A stretch of 64,000 nucleotides of DNA from Leptospiraceae bacterium (GCA_040217195.1 JAVJNR010000008.1:480001-544000), one strand, 5' to 3'; shown: positions 32,520-42,525, counted from the first letter of the stretch. Numbers and translations are program-made. Notes: generated from the letters alone by a model not told the origin.

Positions 32520-33239
32520 ATGGAGCATAGCTCCCAGGCGGCTCTGGAGGAAATCCGCCGGTCCCTGATGGAAATGGGCCGGCCGGACGTAACCATTGTA
32601 GCCGTTTCCAAGACCCATGGACCGGAGCGAATCGATGAACTTGCTAACCTGGGATTACGAGATTTCGGAGAGAATCGGTACAATGAAGCCCGGGATAAAT
32701 TCCCGGAAGTAAAATACACAGATCCCGTAGAGCCTTTAATCTATCATCATATTGGTCCCTTGCAGTCCGGCTTTGCCCGTAACCTGCCTGGACTTTTTCA
32801 TCGTGTACATGGAGCATCCTCGATTTCCGCCCTGGAGAAACTGGCAAAGTCAGCTCTGCGGTACAGTCAGGACAATGTCGATTTACCGGCAACTCAATGG
32901 CCCATGCAATATCTGATTCAATTGCGACTCACCGGAGAACAGAGCAAGCTGGGCGGAATGTCCCCGGAGGAATTCCTGTCTCTAGACACACTTCCAGAAA
33001 ATGAAGCTTTAAAGTTCAATGGATTTATGACAATGGGGCCTGAAAATCAGGACCCGGTGGAAACAAGAGAGGTTTTTCATCGACTTAGAGAAATGAGGGA
33101 TCAGTGTCTTCCTGAAGGGGAACTAAGTATGGGTATGTCCGGAGACTGGAAGATCGCTGTGGAAGAAGGAGCCACACTGATTCGGCTTGGTTCCGTTCTT
33201 TTTGGACCACGCAAGGGAGCACCCTGGAAAAAGGATTGA
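32520..33239 (+). CDS. yggS: YggS-family pyridoxal phosphate homeostasis protein
   Basis: IVAVSKT, FGEN, HHIGPLQ, GFMTM, LSMGMSGD, GATLIRLGSVLFG. Confidence 0.93.
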   Translation: MEHSSQAALEEIRRSLMEMGRPDVTIVAVSKTHGPERIDELANLGLRDFGENRYNEARDKFPEVKYTDPVEPLIYHHIGPLQSGFARNLPGLFHRVHGASSISALEKLAKSALRYSQDNVDLPATQWPMQYLIQLRLTGEQSKLGGMSPEEFLSLDTLPENEALKFNGFMTMGPENQDPVETREVFHRLREMRDQCLPEGELSMGMSGDWKIAVEEGATLIRLGSVLFGPRKGAPWKKD

Positions 33240-33271
33240 TTGCCTGCGGGCAAAGAGGAGCCATTCATTAG

Positions 33272-35749
33272 ATGCCATTGGAACCAGGCAAACCACTACA
33301 GCAGCAAAAAGTAGATCCGGGAACCGTGTTGTTTCAGAGCGGTCAGAGCGCCGAGATGCTTTGCTTGCTTCACCAGGGCGAAGTGGGTATTCAGTTTCCA
33401 GGGCATAAGAATCCCGCCTACCGTCTGGGCAACAATACGTGCCCTGGCTTTGCGGCTCTCCTCCGCAGAGAAAAGTACGAAACCAATTTTGTAGTGACCA
33501 AGCCTTCTGTGATCAGTGCCTTCCCGGTTAAACGAGATCAGGGATTCCAGGGGCTGGTGCTTGGAAAGCTGAACGTGGCAATGCTTGCTGTTCGCACAGT
33601 GGCGCAGGAAATCATGCAGTCTCTGCAGTCCAGCAAGCAGATGGAGGATTTTTCCAACTATTTACAGAAGACCCTGGATAACATGGCTCTGGCTTATTAT
33701 CGCTGCAATCCACAGGTATTTGAAAACCAGATACAGGCCGGAGGAGACTCCTTTGTGGATCCGGTGATCGCCGCTGCCAGGATTGTGGTGGATAGCTTTC
33801 AAGAACACGGCGGGGAAATCCCTGAATCATTGAACCGCGCCTGGTTGGATGCAGATCACTCTCAATTCCTGGATAGAACTTATGATTTTGAACCCTCCGT
33901 AGACCAGGACAGCTTCCAGCTATTTCGCAGAATCCTTTCCCTTCCCGCCAATGTACAGGGAGCCATGTACAAAGCCGATCTACAGATTCTTCAGGGAGTT
34001 GGAATTCGTCTGACAGATATCCTGGGAGAGGCCCAGCAGGATTTGAGACAGCTCTATCATGGAATCAAGGAAGGAATGGAAGGACTGGTGCAGGGAGAAT
34101 ACTGCTTCGCAGAGAAATACTTTATGCTTTCCGATCTGGCCCGGTCCGGGGTAACCAGTGTATCCGCCCCGGAATTTGCACAGGTCATTCGATGGGTGCA
34201 CGACACCATCGCCCGCACTGTACAGAATTACAAATCGTTGATGGGTGGATCTCTTCCAGACATCACTCCATCCGTTCAGAAAATCGAAGAGTTCCTGCAA
34301 GAGGATCCGGCAGCCAAAGCCGTAGAGGAACAGGCCGAGAAAAAGGCGGCCCGCGCAGGCGCGGACATGGATGTCATTAAAAAAGATCTCCAGGGCTCCA
34401 CAGGTAAGATACTTAGTTTTATCCAGATGCCCAACGATGAAGCCAAGAAGCTTCTCGCAGATTTAAAAGAACTTAAAAAGGTAAATAATCCTCTGGATTC
34501 ATCCCCGGAACTCCGCAAGTTGCGAAGAGGGATTTCCACTCTGTACTGGAAAGCGTACGAAAAAGCGCATTTCAAATTCAAAGAATCCAACGGAAATGTA
34601 CCCAGACCGGTTCGGCTCATGCTGGATTTTGGATTCTTCGACGAGGAAATGCTGGATGATAACCATCTGGAGTTTATCTATGATCTCCAGGATACCACTC
34701 GGGCAAATAAGATCTATCCGGTGATGTATTCCAGAGAATGGATCGAGCATGTAGGAAATCGAAAAGAACCTCCATCCATCGATGAAATGGGACAAACCTA
34801 CTTCGAAAAGTTAAAACAGGAAAACAAAGAAAAGGGCTGGAAGAGAGAAAGCGACCTTCCGGAAGAATATACAAATTACAGCGTACTTTCGAAATACGAA
34901 TTGCATAATTTCCTGGAAACGAATGTAAAACTGACATCAGGCAGTCCGGCCAGCGCATTTCCTATACTCACTCGATACGATATCACCATCGATCTGGATA
35001 AATCTTTTGTTACCAGAGAGAAGATTTCTGAGGCTCTGGACAAACTTCTGGCCACGGATTATTCAGCCTTCCACAGAGAAGTGTTGATCAACGATGAAGA
35101 AAAGGGAATACTGAAAGAGTTCGTTCAGACCAGAGTCATTCCAAATTTCATTATTGTTCCTTCCATAGGAACTAAAATCATGATGTGGCAGGAACTTGCC
35201 CTTTCCCGTCTCAAAGGATCCCGTGGCAGGATTGCCGTGCCTGTATTTGCTACGGCAGACTTCTACACTTTGTTACTTGAAGCTGTGGCCGCTTTCCGAT
35301 GGGAGCTTACCAAGACAATCCTGGGAGCAGACTGGAATAACATAGCGAACTCTTCCCTTACTGCAGATTACACAGACTATATTCAATTCTTCAAGAAGAA
35401 CCGAGAGCTTTCTCAGGAAGCCAAGGAAAAACTGGCTGCTGAGCTGAAGCGATATCGCGGAGAGCGAAATATGTTTGTAAACGATTACACAAACTGGATT
35501 CGATATGAGTCTGAAGGTGTAATGAAGCTCAACAAGGTGGCCCGAGCCATCCTTTACCGTCACGTTCCATTTTCCAAAGCTGTGCGCGACAATCTGGCCA
35601 ATCAGCCTGCCTTCTCAGAGTTGCAGAACCGACTTTCCAATATTCGCAAGAAGAAACTTCATGAATTGGAGATCAAGTATCGCAAATACGGGGAACCAGG
35701 AAGCCTGCCTGAACCACTGGAAGAGAATCTAAACTTTTTTCGAGTTTGA
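33272..35749 (+). CDS. Large cyclic-nucleotide-binding-domain protein (spirochete type)
   Basis: N-terminal cNMP-like fold (GTVLFQSGQSAEMLCLLHQGEV) followed by a long helical region; 825 aa. Confidence 0.75.
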   Translation: MPLEPGKPLQQQKVDPGTVLFQSGQSAEMLCLLHQGEVGIQFPGHKNPAYRLGNNTCPGFAALLRREKYETNFVVTKPSVISAFPVKRDQGFQGLVLGKLNVAMLAVRTVAQEIMQSLQSSKQMEDFSNYLQKTLDNMALAYYRCNPQVFENQIQAGGDSFVDPVIAAARIVVDSFQEHGGEIPESLNRAWLDADHSQFLDRTYDFEPSVDQDSFQLFRRILSLPANVQGAMYKADLQILQGVGIRLTDILGEAQQDLRQLYHGIKEGMEGLVQGEYCFAEKYFMLSDLARSGVTSVSAPEFAQVIRWVHDTIARTVQNYKSLMGGSLPDITPSVQKIEEFLQEDPAAKAVEEQAEKKAARAGADMDVIKKDLQGSTGKILSFIQMPNDEAKKLLADLKELKKVNNPLDSSPELRKLRRGISTLYWKAYEKAHFKFKESNGNVPRPVRLMLDFGFFDEEMLDDNHLEFIYDLQDTTRANKIYPVMYSREWIEHVGNRKEPPSIDEMGQTYFEKLKQENKEKGWKRESDLPEEYTNYSVLSKYELHNFLETNVKLTSGSPASAFPILTRYDITIDLDKSFVTREKISEALDKLLATDYSAFHREVLINDEEKGILKEFVQTRVIPNFIIVPSIGTKIMMWQELALSRLKGSRGRIAVPVFATADFYTLLLEAVAAFRWELTKTILGADWNNIANSSLTADYTDYIQFFKKNRELSQEAKEKLAAELKRYRGERNMFVNDYTNWIRYESEGVMKLNKVARAILYRHVPFSKAVRDNLANQPAFSELQNRLSNIRKKKLHELEIKYRKYGEPGSLPEPLEENLNFFRV

Positions 35750-36513
35750 TCCGATTGCCTCTGTTTTTCAGAAGTCATCTGCTGAAGAATCAATCGAATT
35801 TCTCTGCGCTCCACAGGATGCTTGCTCAGAAATAGGGCTCGTTTTAAATGCTTTCTGGCCAGCTTGAATTCGTTGGCCTCTATGTACAGCTCCCCCAGTT
35901 CGCGAAGACACCCTGGATGACCCTTCTTTAGCTGGCAGGCCTTTTCGAGCATGGTAAGTCCCTGCCCGGGGTTTTCATCATAGTAGGTTCTGGCCAGAAG
36001 ATACATGGAGCCAAAATGATCTGGCTTCAAAGACAGTGCCTTTTCCAGCAGACTTCTCCTATCCTCTTTCTTGACCAGGGCCAGATTATAATAGCCGGCA
36101 TAGAAATCCGGAGCACATTCAATAGCTTTTCGATAGAGTGAAGCGGCCCGATCGTAACGATGAGCATCGGAATGAAGGTTTCCCAGATTCACCAGAGCCT
36201 TCTTATGGCAGGACTGAAGTTTTAGAGTATTCTCATACTCCCGGGCCGCCTGTTCGCGATAGTTCATTTTATGGAAAAGAAAAGCCAGACGAAATCGAAT
36301 TTCCTGAGAATTCGGATCCAGTGTGGCTGCCCTTTTCAGCATCCGAACCGCTTCCACATCGCCCTGAGTCAGACTCTTATGATACAGATCATGGGCTGGA
36401 TCTGCCTGTATTAAACCTGGCAATCCCAGAATGGAAAGAGCCAGGCCTATCAGGATAACCGGAACTGAGAAATGGTGGTGTATACCGAAGCCAATACGAA
36501 TACCAGTAATCAC
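35659..36513 (-). CDS. Exported tetratricopeptide repeat protein
   Basis: N-terminal hydrophobic segment and TPR motifs (ALVNLGNL, GYYNLAL, ELGELY). Confidence 0.8.
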   Translation of the reverse strand: MITGIRIGFGIHHHFSVPVILIGLALSILGLPGLIQADPAHDLYHKSLTQGDVEAVRMLKRAATLDPNSQEIRFRLAFLFHKMNYREQAAREYENTLKLQSCHKKALVNLGNLHSDAHRYDRAASLYRKAIECAPDFYAGYYNLALVKKEDRRSLLEKALSLKPDHFGSMYLLARTYYDENPGQGLTMLEKACQLKKGHPGCLRELGELYIEANEFKLARKHLKRALFLSKHPVERREIRLILQQMTSEKQRQSDQTRKKFRFSSSGSGRLPGSPYLRYLISNS

Positions 36514-36836
36514 CTTTTAATTATCGATGATTTAGACAGGTAGCTTGATGGATGAAACCGGTGGATACCCGGTGAAATGGTCCAGGATTTACACTGACCG
36601 GGTTTGGCCAGTTTCTGGATGCCAGCCATGACAGGACTGGCATAGCTGTGCAGTCATGTCAGTTTTCAGCAACGCCCATAGCCTGGCTGTGGAGTCCCGT
36701 TCCTTTTCAATTGCGGCAAGAACCTGACAGGAATCAATTTAAGCAGCCAGCCCTTTCAATTATTGAAGGGCCGATCCAGACGGTGCCAGTCTTATTGCCC
36801 GAGACCAGGAGATTCAATACAAAGGCCTGGTATATT

Positions 36837-37526
36837 CTAGAAGTCCTCTACGAAATAAGACTTTGTATACTCCCGCACCACTTCCACAATGAATCGGGCC
36901 CAGCTACGTTGATCCCCGGATTCAATATGCACCTGCTTTAGTTTGGGAAAATAAGGCCTGGGTTTATGTATACTATGCGTAAGCTCAATAGCTCGAATAT
37001 AATGGTCCACTCGCCGAATGCGAACAAAGTTCAATTGCTCGGTTTCCAGCCTTCCAGGAGGCAGAAAACCTACGATGATTAGCTTGGGAAACAGTGCCTT
37101 TTTCAGAAGATTCAAGAACTCCGAAAAGGAGTCCACTCGATCGATGAATCCCTCGTAGGCTCCCCCACCCAGGTTCATCATCTGAGTGACTATGTCCATA
37201 CTGAGCGAGATTCCGGCCATCTCGTTCATGTCAGACACAATGACGATTCCTTCATCTGGCTGAAAGCATTTGAACTCCTGCTCTCCTCCGAAATGTCGCC
37301 GTAGAAGTTTGGCTCTGGAAATATCGATCTCCTCACCCTTGGTGAGCAGTGGGTCCCGGTTTGTGGGCACCCGCAACTCTTCCCTGGACATGATAAAGCG
37401 CTTCTTTAATGCGCTTTGATTCATGATTCGGAAAGCTTTGATTTTCTCTTCTAGCTCATCCAGCGTTGAAACCCCGATTCGCAGCGGGTTCTCCTTCTTT
37501 CTTATCTCTTCCTGACTGGGTTCCAT
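36837..37526 (-). CDS. Conserved-looking hypothetical protein
   Basis: 229-aa ORF with natural composition; AAGGAAAG upstream; no recognised motif. Confidence 0.75.
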   Translation of the reverse strand: MEPSQEEIRKKENPLRIGVSTLDELEEKIKAFRIMNQSALKKRFIMSREELRVPTNRDPLLTKGEEIDISRAKLLRRHFGGEQEFKCFQPDEGIVIVSDMNEMAGISLSMDIVTQMMNLGGGAYEGFIDRVDSFSEFLNLLKKALFPKLIIVGFLPPGRLETEQLNFVRIRRVDHYIRAIELTHSIHKPRPYFPKLKQVHIESGDQRSWARFIVEVVREYTKSYFVEDF

Positions 37527-37570
37527 ATTTGGGGTTGCTTTCCTTTTACATCTCTATTCAAAGGCAGGTT

Positions 37571-37831
37571 CTAACCACGAAGGACAAACAGTATCAAGAA
37601 TGCTGAGAAAAACAATCCAAGGGTGATCAGGAAATACTGCATCCAACGGGTCTTTCTTTCCAGATCATTGATCCTTCGGCTCAATTCCATATTTTCCTCT
37701 TCCAGCTTATTAACTGCAGGACCTGATTGACTCTGCTGCCACGCTTGAAAAAAGATTGGAATGACCTCGGAGACAAAAGGAACAAGGAGGGACAGGAAGC
37801 TTATCCTTTCTTTCTTTTCAGGGTGTGCCAT
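37571..37831 (-). CDS. Small coiled-coil protein with C-terminal TM anchor
   Basis: MAHPEKK..LEEENMELSRRINDLE..hydrophobic tail; ATG at 37831. Confidence 0.6.
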   Translation of the reverse strand: MAHPEKKERISFLSLLVPFVSEVIPIFFQAWQQSQSGPAVNKLEEENMELSRRINDLERKTRWMQYFLITLGLFFSAFLILFVLRG

Positions 37832-38249
37832 AAAACAGGTTAGCAGAGTTGCTCTTTCTCTTGCCCTGGGAAGCATTTTTTTACCCGGTTGTTATACTGC
37901 AGAATTCCAGCCTCATCCGGACTACCCGGGCCGCAGGCCACTTGATATACAAAAAACAGAATTGCGAGAATCCTGCTTTCGACCGCGGGGCCTCTTTCTG
38001 GGCACACTTACTATCCGGAATTTTCAGGGAGATCTCAGCAATCCAGGATTCCGAAGCTACATTGAATCTGAAATGGAGGAACGAGGTTCTAACTTCGCAT
38101 GTATTAGTAGCAGCCGCCTGGAAAACCAGGAACTCTATCAAGTTCAAAACAAGTCCATGCATTCCAATAAAGTACAACCGGGACAATCCCTGGAAAAAAA
38201 GGTAGGAATCATGATACTACATTTATACTATGATGCAGTAGAGGAATGA
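37761..38249 (+). CDS. Hypothetical lipoprotein
   Basis: Hydrophobic stretch ending LPGC; stop abuts the next ATG. Start uncertain. Confidence 0.55.
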   Translation: MTSETKGTRRDRKLILSFFSGCAIKQVSRVALSLALGSIFLPGCYTAEFQPHPDYPGRRPLDIQKTELRESCFRPRGLFLGTLTIRNFQGDLSNPGFRSYIESEMEERGSNFACISSSRLENQELYQVQNKSMHSNKVQPGQSLEKKVGIMILHLYYDAVEE

Positions 38250-38804
38250 ATGCACACAAAACCGGAAGTCCACGTAAACCAGGCCGGCGTTTGGTATTTT
38301 CGCACAAATCCAATCGAGAATGCTTCGATTCTGAATTACTTTAAGCAGAATCTAAAAAGGGATGCAGACGGATTGTATTATATTGAGAATCGCTTTGGAG
38401 AAAGAAAAGAAGAAGGCTACATCCAGGGCGTGGCCGGATTCCCTCTTGTTATTAGCAGTCTGAGTACTGACAATTTCAAAGCCTATCTTGAATGCGATAT
38501 GGAAACGCAACTTGATCCTGCCTGGATCGGCAATCAGGCAGGAACAGAGCCTACGATTCTCTTTTACAAGGATGACTCTACATTGTGGACCCTGATTTCC
38601 ATGCCTGATTCCGAGTCAGGGATTCCAGCTCGACTGAGCGGAGCATGTATGGCTTCTCTTCACAATTTTCTGGACGATACATCGGACGGGCTACAACTGA
38701 AATTGGAAAACCAGGTATATTCTATTATCGAAAGATCACCGGATGATTTTTTTCAAGAGCTGGACTTAACTCCACCGGAACCATCGGACAATCCAGTGGA
38801 ATAA
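38250..38804 (+). CDS. Hypothetical protein (DUF1285-like)
   Basis: N-terminal V..AGVWYF...I....ILNYF..NLKRD.DG.YYI pattern resembles DUF1285 from memory. Confidence 0.55.
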   Translation: MHTKPEVHVNQAGVWYFRTNPIENASILNYFKQNLKRDADGLYYIENRFGERKEEGYIQGVAGFPLVISSLSTDNFKAYLECDMETQLDPAWIGNQAGTEPTILFYKDDSTLWTLISMPDSESGIPARLSGACMASLHNFLDDTSDGLQLKLENQVYSIIERSPDDFFQELDLTPPEPSDNPVE

Positions 38805-38985
38805 AAAATGGTTCAGGAAGCCCGCAATCCGTATCAGCAACATTCAATTCGAAAATCCGGATCAATCCGGTTATTCGGCCACTCCAATGACTTTAGAAAT
38901 AGCGTAGCTTCCAAGCAAATCACATTGTATCCTGGGAATTCTTCCTGCCAGGCCGATGGCCACCGGTTCTGGAGTTACTTTCGCT

Positions 38986-39408
38986 CTAGGGGCGATTGAA
39001 ATTGGAATCTACTACGATCAGACCGGGAACCTTTCTGTATTGTTTGGACGTGGAACATATCCACATCAATCCTGCTTCCAGCGCAGCGGCTGCATGACCG
39101 GCCAATTGAATCGAAATAGAATTTTCCATTCGCAGAGCCCGGGCTTTTTGCCAGTGTCCTCCATCGAACGGAAGTATCTCCGAGCAAAGGTCTGCGAAAC
39201 CGTCACTGATCGAAAGAGCCAGTTGCTGATCCAGACCAGCCTCCGCTGCGATAAAATCCCATTGTATAAAGGTCAGCACGGATGTGAAGAAATGAGCCCC
39301 CTGCTTCAGACTCTGATCTAGATTCTGACGCACCAATTCTGAGTCTTTGCCCGGCGATGCGCAAAGCAGGAAAACCGATGGATCGACATAGAACTCCCGG
39401 GTACTCAT
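38986..39408 (-). CDS. PIN-domain (VapC-like) protein with a degenerate active site
   Basis: FYVDPSVFL, TSVLT, ILPFD, ARAL, HAAAAL and C-terminal ICST..YRKVPGL follow the VapC layout; ATGA-coupled to the upstream gene. Confidence 0.75.
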   Translation of the reverse strand: MSTREFYVDPSVFLLCASPGKDSELVRQNLDQSLKQGAHFFTSVLTFIQWDFIAAEAGLDQQLALSISDGFADLCSEILPFDGGHWQKARALRMENSISIQLAGHAAAALEAGLMWICSTSKQYRKVPGLIVVDSNFNRP

Positions 39409-39674
39409 TTGAAGTTCCTTTCCAGTACTTCCTTTAAGGATGTGCTCTCAGTTTCAGCAAGAGGAGGCTCATCGTTCCATTGGGCCAGTCTTTGCATGGC
39501 GCGAATTCTGCTTCGGGGCCAGTACAGATCCTGATAGGCAGATCTGATCAATTCAGAAACCGAAACTCCCCGCCTTTCTGCCAGTTGTTTTAGATGACTC
39601 CATTCTGTTTCTGGTAACAGCATATGTAGCCGCTTCAGTTTCTTTTCTTTTTTGTCTGAATGGGCCTCGTCCAC
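39405..39674 (-). CDS. Ribbon-helix-helix (CopG/VapB-like) antitoxin
   Basis: KRLHMLLPETEWSHLKQLAERRGVSVSELIRSA is a typical RHH pattern; lies directly upstream of the PIN gene. Confidence 0.8.
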   Translation of the reverse strand: MDEAHSDKKEKKLKRLHMLLPETEWSHLKQLAERRGVSVSELIRSAYQDLYWPRSRIRAMQRLAQWNDEPPLAETESTSLKEVLERNFK

Positions 39675-39785
39675 AGATCCAGCCTTTCATGGAGATGGAT
39701 ACAGGGAAGTAGAATCCAGCGGGATCGCCGGCCAGCATATACATAAATTCCTTGGCAGGGGGATGGGCCAATCCCCACTTTCCCT

Positions 39786-40772
39786 GTGATTGGACTGTGG
39801 ATTGTGGGAGGCCTGGCGGCCATTATTGCCGGAATATTTCTGCTGGGATACTACGGATTACCGGAACCAGAGGTGCCCTACCCCGGCGTACCTGGTCCGG
39901 ATAAGATTCTGCCTGGTGCTGAACCCTGGGAATTCAAAGGCGACTCCGATGTATGCTTTCTGGTAATTCATGGATTCGCCGGATCTGCCTTTAATACCCG
40001 ACCCCTGGGAGAATTCTTTCATTCCCTGGGTCATACGGCTGTAGGTCCATTGCTTCCCGGTCATGGAACTACGCCAGATGAGATGCAAAAAACCAGATAC
40101 TACCATTATCTAAGATATGTGAATCATCTGTACCATGAATGCCGAAGAAGGTACAAAGAAGTATTCCTGGTGGGATTCTCTATGGGAGGAACACTTGCCA
40201 TGGATGTGGCCAGTCGAAATTCCTTGAGAGCTCCTGTTTCAGGCCTGGTATTGGTTTCTACGCCTGCTTTCTTTAATGGATATTTCAACGGTAGAATGAT
40301 CCTTCATGATTTCAGCCTGATGCTCACTGGTGTCGCACAGATTTTTACAAACATTATCAAGCTAGATAAAAAACTGCCTGATGAAGTAAATGAAGCGAAT
40401 CCCTGGGTCGGCTACCGTTTCGTTTATCCGCTTGGCCCGCTGCACAGTTTTAAAAGAGCCTTTCGTGGGGTCCGACACAGACTTCCTCTAATCACCAGTC
40501 CCTGTTGTCTGGTAATGAGCCAGAACGATGAAACAGTGAATTCGGAGAACCAGTACTACATCTATTCAAGAATCAACAGTCGAGAGAAACGGGCCTGCAT
40601 GTTCCAGCTCCCCATGGATGGAACTACGAGACATGTACTTCCTACGCATAACTATGCTCGCGACAAGGTAGTGCGATTCCTGGAAGATTTTATCGAAGAC
40701 ACTCTGCAGGATATGTCTTTGCCACCCAGGCCGTCTGCCTGGAAGAGGTTTAAACAATTCTTCGGGCGATGA
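39786..40772 (+). CDS. Membrane-anchored carboxylesterase/lipase (alpha/beta hydrolase)
   Basis: N-terminal TM, IHGFAGS, LPGHGT, GFSMGG, ND.TV and a His near the C-terminus. Confidence 0.9.
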   Translation: MIGLWIVGGLAAIIAGIFLLGYYGLPEPEVPYPGVPGPDKILPGAEPWEFKGDSDVCFLVIHGFAGSAFNTRPLGEFFHSLGHTAVGPLLPGHGTTPDEMQKTRYYHYLRYVNHLYHECRRRYKEVFLVGFSMGGTLAMDVASRNSLRAPVSGLVLVSTPAFFNGYFNGRMILHDFSLMLTGVAQIFTNIIKLDKKLPDEVNEANPWVGYRFVYPLGPLHSFKRAFRGVRHRLPLITSPCCLVMSQNDETVNSENQYYIYSRINSREKRACMFQLPMDGTTRHVLPTHNYARDKVVRFLEDFIEDTLQDMSLPPRPSAWKRFKQFFGR

Positions 40773-40849
40773 AGCACGGGTTGATCATCGCGCTTTATGG
40801 GAGACCGGCATCAAGCATCTTTGTAGCCCCCGATCCTGAGTGAAAGCAC

Positions 40850-41134
40850 CGAAAACGGCTGAACATCGCTACGGCCGGGATATTGGCTCAACACTGAGAA
40901 CGGTTGCTCATTCCCACGGCCCGGGATATTGGCTCAACACTGAGAACGGTTGCACATCGCTACGGCCCGGGATATCTGCTCAACACTGAGAACGGCTGCT
41001 CATTGCTAAGGCCCGCGCTATCTGCTCAACGCTGAGAACGGCTGCTCATTGCTACGGCCCGCGCTATCTGCTCAACGTTGAAAACGGCTCCGCTTCGTTA
41101 CGGCACCCGAAGTCTGCTTAACTCTGAAAACGGC
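40850..41134. repeat. Degenerate 46-bp tandem repeat, six units plus a partial unit
   Basis: Units start at 40850, 40895, 40941, 40987, 41033, 41079 and 41125. Approximate consensus TGAGAACGGYTGCWCATYGCTACGGCCCGSGMTATYKGCTCAACRC. Confidence 0.95.
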
Positions 41135-41422
41135 AGAACAGCCGGAAAGCCCGAGACCTTAGGCGCAGGGTTCAGCATGGCTGACCAGAATCTCTCGCAA
41201 CTGCGATACCCAATCCTATTTTCAGGTCGACTCTCCATTCCCAATCCGTATTTCCCGAGGTTCAGGCCTTTCATTCCGGAATCAATCCAATCGGAGCCAT
41301 CTGGCTAATGCAATCCGCACATCTTCGGCAAATACCGATAGTGAGAGATCTGATTTAGCCATGCACCTCTCGTTTCTCTGCTGCCACAACCCCTCAGCAG
41401 CAAAGCTGACTGCAGTATCCTG

Positions 41423-41468
41423 TTGACAGATTCACCTCCCCATTTAGTTTGGACCCAAACTAAATGGG
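41423..41468 (+). promoter_or_regulatory. marR promoter with overlapping palindromic operator
   Basis: TTGACA-N16-TAGTTT. A perfect inverted repeat CCCATTTAGTTTGG-AC-CCAAACTAAATGGG (41439-41468) covers the -10 and the ATG. Confidence 0.85.
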
Positions 41469-41904
41469 ATCAGGGTCGGAAAATCTATTATTCTTGATGA
41501 GTCAAATTCGAAGCAGCACCAACCGCATTCTTGTACAGGAAATGGAGCGCAGAGGAATTCGAAATGTATCCCCCGCCGACGGCGATGTCCTTTATGTGGT
41601 GGCTCGGTATCAACCTGTAGAAATGGGTGAGATATCCAAGCACACACATCGAGACAAATCGACCATAGCTGGTACGGTGAAAGGGTTGGTAATGAAGGGA
41701 TATGTAACCCGGACTCGGGCCAGGGAGGATTTTCGCAAATACAACGTCAGGCTTACCCGGAAAGCTATCTTACTTGCCCCGATTCTAAGAGAAATTTCCG
41801 AATCTTTTCGTGGAAGCCTCTTAAAAGGTTTCAAAAAGGAAGAAGTTTATTTGCTGGGGCAGTTTCTAGAAAGAATGCAGAGCAACTTAGAGGATTCTGA
41901 ATAG
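41464..41904 (+). CDS. MarR-family transcriptional regulator
   Basis: Winged HTH: EISKHTHRDKSTIAGTVKGLVMKGYVTR...EDFRKYNVRLT. Confidence 0.92.
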   Translation: MGSGSENLLFLMSQIRSSTNRILVQEMERRGIRNVSPADGDVLYVVARYQPVEMGEISKHTHRDKSTIAGTVKGLVMKGYVTRTRAREDFRKYNVRLTRKAILLAPILREISESFRGSLLKGFKKEEVYLLGQFLERMQSNLEDSE

Positions 41905-41969
41905 CCAGGATTTTCGGGTAATCTGCTGTTTAAAATCAATCGCAACTCAATGTTGAAAGAGGTGAGAGA

Positions 41970-42371
41970 ATGGAATTCAAAGAGGGCGGAATATTTGAGC
42001 ATAGCAGAAGTTTCAGTCGGCAGGCCATTCTGCAATTTGCGGAATTGACCGGCGATCATGGGGCGCACCACACAGACCATACTGACAGGATCATGGCTCA
42101 TGGGTTGCTTGTAGCAAGCATCGTCACCAAAATCGGAGGCGATATGAATTACATTTCTTCCGACATGTCCATGGAATTTCGGGAACCAGTGTACGAAGAC
42201 GAAGAAATCACCGGCCGGTTAACCCTGGTCCGAGTGAAGGATGGAAAGCTTCGTACCAAACTGGAAATGAAATGCGAAGTACTGAAGGCGGATGGTACTG
42301 TTGTAGTGAATGGTAGCAGCCGCGGACAGGTCCTAAAAAAGTCCATTCTGTCCAGACGGAAGGGAATATAA
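41970..42371 (+). CDS. MaoC-family hotdog-fold dehydratase
   Basis: FAELTGD...H, MAHGLLVAS, MEFREPVY; GAGGTG RBS. Confidence 0.88.
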   Translation: MEFKEGGIFEHSRSFSRQAILQFAELTGDHGAHHTDHTDRIMAHGLLVASIVTKIGGDMNYISSDMSMEFREPVYEDEEITGRLTLVRVKDGKLRTKLEMKCEVLKADGTVVVNGSSRGQVLKKSILSRRKGI

Positions 42372-42525
42372 TTCTTCCTCCCAGCCCGGACACTGGAATT
42401 CTTAAAGGATGGGGCAATGGGAACCAAATCAGCGGGTGGAACTCTGGAAAGACTTGCAGATATATTACATTCTTTTTCTAAATGACCAAACTTTTTATGA
42501 CAATCAAAGTAAAGGACAGCTCTAA

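Noticed and set aside
41078..41308. ORF starting in the 46-bp array (and 44271-44489 in the 62-bp array)
   Set aside because: Unit lengths are not multiples of 3 and the translations look random.
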